Assembly: GCF_009914755.1 (NCBI RefSeq) | Contig: NC_060936.1 | Length of the DNA: 64,000 bases | Origin: the human T2T-CHM13v2.0 reference genome, Homo sapiens | Reading direction: 5' to 3' (one strand) | Shown: in pieces, positions 58,862 through 64,000 of the stretch | Position numbering within the stretch: the stretch's first letter is position 1 | Layout: each line of letters begins with the position of its first letter | Notes under the pieces: model-generated | What the model saw: only the letters and a program-made list of their open reading frames with translations | What the model was told of the DNA's origin: nothing | Databases searched by the model: none | Program-made: the position numbers and the translations under genes

Positions 58862-60000
58862 GTATGGTAGACAGAATTGAAGGTACACATGCCCTGTGTA
58901 ATCTCCAGGACCGTGGATATGAGGAATATCGCTCCTGAGACTGGATTGTGTTTTATGGCACAGTTGAATTTAAGATAGAGAGAGTGTTAAAGACAAGATA
59001 ATTGTGTCTCCATACCACTTAATCCTTCCCCGTCCCCCAGCCAATTCATACGTTGAAATGCTAATCCCCAATGCGGTGGCACTGGAAGGTGGGGACCTTA
59101 GGAAGTGATTAGATCATAAGGGTGAACCCCTCATGATGGGACTGGTGCCTTTATGAGAAGAGGTTAGAAGGCTAGCTAACTCTCTCTCTGCCATGTGAGG
59201 ACACAGTGAGAAGGTGGCCATCTGCAACCCAGAAGAAGGCCCTCACCAGAACCCGGCCAAGCTGACACCTAACCTTAGACTTTCAACCCTCCAGAATTGT
59301 GAGAAATAAGTCCCTGTTGTTTATGAGCCTTGAGTGTGTGGTACTTTGTTATAGCAACCTGAACTAACAAAGTGAGATTGTCCAGATGGGCATGATCTAA
59401 TCACTGGAGCTCTTTAGATGAAAGTCTGTTGGCCAGAGACTGAGAAGTTAGAGGGGTTTGAAGTGCTAGAGGGAGATTCTCCATGCTGGCTCTGAAGATG
59501 GAGGGGGCATGTCACCAAGAATGTGGCTGGTGTCTAAGAGCTGAGAGCAGCCCCTGGCTGACAGTCAGCAAGGGCATGAGGATGTCAGTCCTCCAAGTGC
59601 AAGGACCTATACTCTGCCAGCAACCTGAGTGATCTTGGAAGAGGATCCTGAGCTCCAGATGAGACCACACCTCAGGGCATGCCTTGACTTCATCCTTGCA
59701 AGAATCTGAGCAGAGAACCCAGACATGATGTGTCTGGACTTCTGACCTATGGGAACCATGAGACATATTTGCTTTTTTTTAAAAAAAATTGTGGTGAAAT
59801 ATCCATAACATAAATGTGCCATTTGTAGAGGTACAGTTCAGTGGCCTTAAGTCTATCCACATGATTATGCAACCATCAGCACCGTCTATCTCTAGAACCT
59901 TTTCATCTTCCCAAATTGAAACTCTGTCTGTATTACAATTCACATTGTTTTAAGTTGCTAAGTTTGTGGTAATCCATAAATAGCAACAGATAATTAACAC
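58862..60000 (+). mobile_element. MLT1D/E-like LTR with a nested MLT1A-like LTR (~59003-59369) and a short antisense L1M fragment (~59775-59930)
   Basis: Inner: 'attcatacgttgaaatgctaatccccaatg..gttatagcaacctgaactaaca'; outer: 'gaagatggagggggcatgt', 'ccagcaacctgagtga'. Confidence 0.75.
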
Positions 60001-61302
60001 AATATCCAAAGCCATATTTTTTCTAACAAATTATTTTATCAGAGTAGTCTCACTCATTTGCCTATGGTATCACTATTCAAGAATTTCTAGGATACATTTA
60101 TTACCAACATATCAGAGAAGAACTAAAATAGCTCAACCTTTGTTTCATTCTCCTGTGGAGGTTTCAAGCAGGTAGTGACTTCAGAAAGAAATGGGAATAG
60201 TTTCTACCTAGATTAAACCTTCTAATTCTCCTCCCCCTCCCCCATTACATATATAATTTGTTGCTTAGAAACACCTTTATTTCCCATTTTATTTTTAAAA
60301 TTGCAGTGACAGAATGGAAGGGAGGTGTTAGCTTGAAAGGTTTTACACACTGGAACAAATGTGAAATGTTTCCATTTCTCTGGTTTTGGAGCTGGTGGCC
60401 TACAGCCAGGGAAGATTTGGTTTGATTAAAAAAACATTTTGTACTGCATTGGTTGAGTTTGGTCATGAAAGTAAGGACTAGAAAGTGACTATAATGAGAC
60501 AATGTAGCAGCTACAAATCTTCTGTTTGCGAGTGACAGAAACTCAACTCAAAACTGGCTTGCACAAAGAAAGAGATTGGCTCACAAAACTGCAGTATCTG
60601 GGAGGGACAGCTTCAGGTATGGCTAAATCCAAGGACTCAAATGAAGACATTAGGACTTGGTCTCTCTCCATTCCTTGCCTGTTTCCAGTTGGCCTCTTTC
60701 TCTGGCTACCCCTTCAGGAGTGACCTGTGACAATCCAAATTTATGTCATTCGTATAGCTGGTGATGAAAAGGAGGCTTCTCTTTCTCAGTCGGTTCAGCA
60801 GAAATGACAAGACTGAATCTCACTGGATTTCCTTGGATCATGTACCTGCCTCTGAACTCATTCAGTGGCTAGAAGTTTGCACAATGCTGATTGGCCAGGT
60901 CAGGGTCACATGACCACCCAAACCATGTGGGCTCAGAGTGGTTTCTCCAAGGAAAATTGAGGTGTTGTTAGCAAATGTATGGGGAATGGTTGCTGGATGT
61001 GCAAGAACAATGGATATTTAATTGAGCGAGGAGTTCTTAAGCCCAGGTCATGGGTTGGATTCTTTTGGGAGCTGGGGAGCTCAGTGCTATGGGGCTGGCT
61101 CCTTTCAACACATGCCATTGACATAATGGAGACATGGGGATAAATTGATGGCCAGGGATGTGGTACAGTCTCTCCCTGAGACATTGGCACAATTTGTCAG
61201 ACTCCCTGTTCACCTGTGGTTGCTCACATGGACAAGAGGACCTGCTGCCCTTGTATTACTTTATTGAGTCAATTCTTAGTAAAGCGTATTGCAGCAGTTT
61301 TA

Positions 61303-61748
61303 TTTAACTTTATTTTTTATTTCAACATTTAGATTCAGGGGGTACTTGTGCAGGTTTGTTACATGGGTATGTTGTGTGATGCTGAGGTTTGGAGTACGAT
61401 TGATCTTGTCACCCAGGTTCTAAGCGGTAGTTTTTCAGCCATTGTTCCTCTCCTTCCTCCCTTGAATAGGCCCCAGCGTCTATTGTTTTCATCTTTGTGT
61501 CCATGTCTACCCAGTGTTTAGCTCCCACTTATAAGTGAAAACATGCAGTATTTGGTTTCTGTTTCTGCATTAATTTGCTTAGGATAATGGCCTCTAGCTG
61601 CATCCATGTTGCTGCAAAGGACATGATTTTGTTCTTTTTTATGGCTATGTAATATTCCATGGTGTATATGCATCATGTTTCCTTTATCCAGTCCACCACT
61701 AAGGGGCACCTAGGTTGATCCCATGTATTTGCTATTGTGAATAGTGCT
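61303..61748 (-). mobile_element. L1PB-type 3' end
   Basis: 'gggggtacttgtgcaggtttgttacatgggt', 'tttagctcccacttataagtga'; 16-bp TSD 'tattgcagcagtttta'. Confidence 0.9.
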
Positions 61749-63500
61749 TATTGCAGCAGTTTTAAAAACCTGTCACAAAGTTTTGACATTCCACCCCTTG
61801 AGAGGTGTGGGGGTCTATGTCCCCTCCCCCTGAATTGGGGCTGGCTTGTAACCGCTCTGAACTATGGAGTGGCACTGTGTGGCTTCCAAAGCTATGTCCC
61901 TAAAGGCCATGCAGCTTGGTTCTCTTAGAATGTTCCCTCTTGAGATACTTTCCTCCTGGAGCCCAGCTGCCATGCTGTGAGGAAGCCCAAGCCACCCCGT
62001 TTGACAGCTGAACCCAGCCTCGCAGCCAGCAAGCCTAGAGGTGACCTGTGAGTGAGAAAGCCTCCAGGTGAAGGAAGTCCCAAGCCTCAGAGTCAGCCTT
62101 GTCACTGAAGTCTCTTTTGTTGAGGCCTCCACCACTGTGAGCATAGACAGCCCATGCCCTCTGTGCCTGATCTGAATTCCCATTTCCAAGCTCCTGTGAG
62201 CTATAATAAACTGGCTTTTGTTCTGTATAACTGCCTATATACCACTACATTTGGGGTGGTGTGTTAGGCAGCAGACAACTGGAATAGGCATGCTTGCATT
62301 GCTGGCAATATTGGTTAGATGCAACAAGCCAGACCTGGTAGAGATTTAAGAGTTACTCATGCACTGTTGGACCTGGTAATTCCACTGCTGGAAATCTATC
62401 AAAAGGAAATAATCTCAAATGGGAAAAGTGGATTAAACATTATGCATGGAGATGTTCATCACAGAACTATTTATAATGGTAGAAAATTTAAAACAACCTA
62501 GTTTTCCAATGATGGGGACATGGTTCCTTGATAAAATAATTATGGCTGCCACTGAAGGTCTAAATAAGTGCCAGGCACTGCAGTAAGAGCTGCCTATATA
62601 TCAACTACGAATCTTCCCAACAAACTTTGAGGTTATTATGACCTCAATTCCCTACCATACAAACGTGGAAATTGAAGCTTAGAAAGCTTGTCACTTGCCC
62701 AAGGTGGTAAGCAGCCAGTCTGCTGACTACGAAGTCCTGCTGGTCACAGTATACATGATATTGATTTAAGGCAGGAGAATGATTGAGAAAATCTGTGGAA
62801 GAGCCATGCCATGGCATATTAGGTAGTCTTTATAAATAATTGTATAAAGAATTTTTAATAATAGGAGAAAGTGTTTATGCTAAGTGGCAGAAAAATGCAG
62901 AATGAAAGTGGTGTATACAATAAAATATCAACTTATTGAAACTATGCATAAAGAAAAATGCAGGAAGCATGTACAACCTTAACGGCGGGTGGTAGGATTG
63001 TGTATGTGTGAGCCACTCTAAGCTTTTCTGTATTTTCAGTTTTTCTACTAGAGGCAAAGGCTGCAGAAGAAAAAAAGCACAAAAAGGAAGTGAACAAAAG
63101 TTAACGAGAGTCAGCCATGATTAAACAGCAAAATGACCAAAGAGAACTAAAGTTGCCAGTTAGTTAAAAAGGAAAAAAAGCTCATTAGTGTGATAATTAT
63201 CTTGTGCTTCTGTTCTGACAAGTCACCTGGGAGAGCACTCCGTGGCTGGGCTGGGAGTGGGAGAACCACAGAGCTCTGGGTGGGGCCCCTTCTTCCAGCC
63301 AGGGATCTATGAGATGTTCGAGGGAAGGTCTGTGAGCGTCTCCTATGGCCACTCACACAGGGATCCAGCCTGTTGGGGCAGGAGCTGGAAGGGAACGTGG
63401 ACATGAAATGATGGAACAGAAACACTGTATGTGGTGGCTTACAGGAGAGACTCTGGGAAGTGTGGGTCACATAGGCCGGCTGTCTCTCCTCCATGAAACC

Positions 63501-63567
<67 letters not shown>

Positions 63568-63581
63568 CAGAGACAGACAGA
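63501..63581. repeat. Compound (TG)n(GA)n(GAGACA)n microsatellite
   Basis: Directly visible. Confidence 0.97.
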
Positions 63582-64000
63582 CTTGGGTGTCTGGGGCAGG
63601 CTGCTTTGTTGTGATGATGTCTTGTATCTCCTTAGACATCTCCTTTGAGTTCATTCTCAATAGTGTGCCAAAATCACAGATGTTGCCCAAAGCGTAGGAG
63701 GCAGACCATGTTGTACTTAAAGCCAGGACTTGAGTCTGAGACCTGACTCTACTGTGCATCGGTGGCTGGGCCTTGGGCAAGACAGAGCCTTAGTTTTGCC
63801 TTCTGTGGAATGGGAACAAGAATGATGCCTTATTCACAGGTTCATCTCCAGGATTAAATAAAACGATGCATAACACAATCAGGCGGCACTTAGCACTGTG
63901 GCGAAATAGCTCTTGCTGATAGTAGCACTTAGAGTAACAGGTTCTGATTTTAATTGAACACTTTATATGAGTATGCTTTTTCTCCTCTCTTCACGTATCA

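Overview
Primate, very probably human, non-coding genomic DNA. About 27 Alu/FLAM copies or fragments (J, S and Y types) are visible, plus L1M/L1PB 3' remnants, L2/MIR, MaLR and ERVL LTRs and DNA-transposon fossils (MER2, Tigger3, MER5, MER20, MER58, MADE1). Repeat families were named from memory of consensus motifs, not from a RepeatMasker run. No ORF in the track looks like a real protein: they are Alu-, microsatellite- or chance-derived. I see no rRNA, tRNA, CRISPR or foreign insert. Most L1 remnants lie on the minus strand, which suggests a large intron of a plus-strand gene that I cannot name. I cannot support a new biological system here. The most unusual structures are: (1) a ~430-460 bp, ~94% identical inverted duplication (28507-28939 / 29881-30340) around a 941-bp spacer, with a fold-back hairpin at its outer junction; (2) a phased CCAAT-box array amplified inside an old LTR (15611-15770); (3) a 219-bp candidate cassette exon with an open frame (13227-13445); (4) a 167-bp tandem duplication (40998-41331); (5) a head-to-head Alu pair only 27 bp apart; (6) several repeat-free, motif-dense candidate developmental enhancers.
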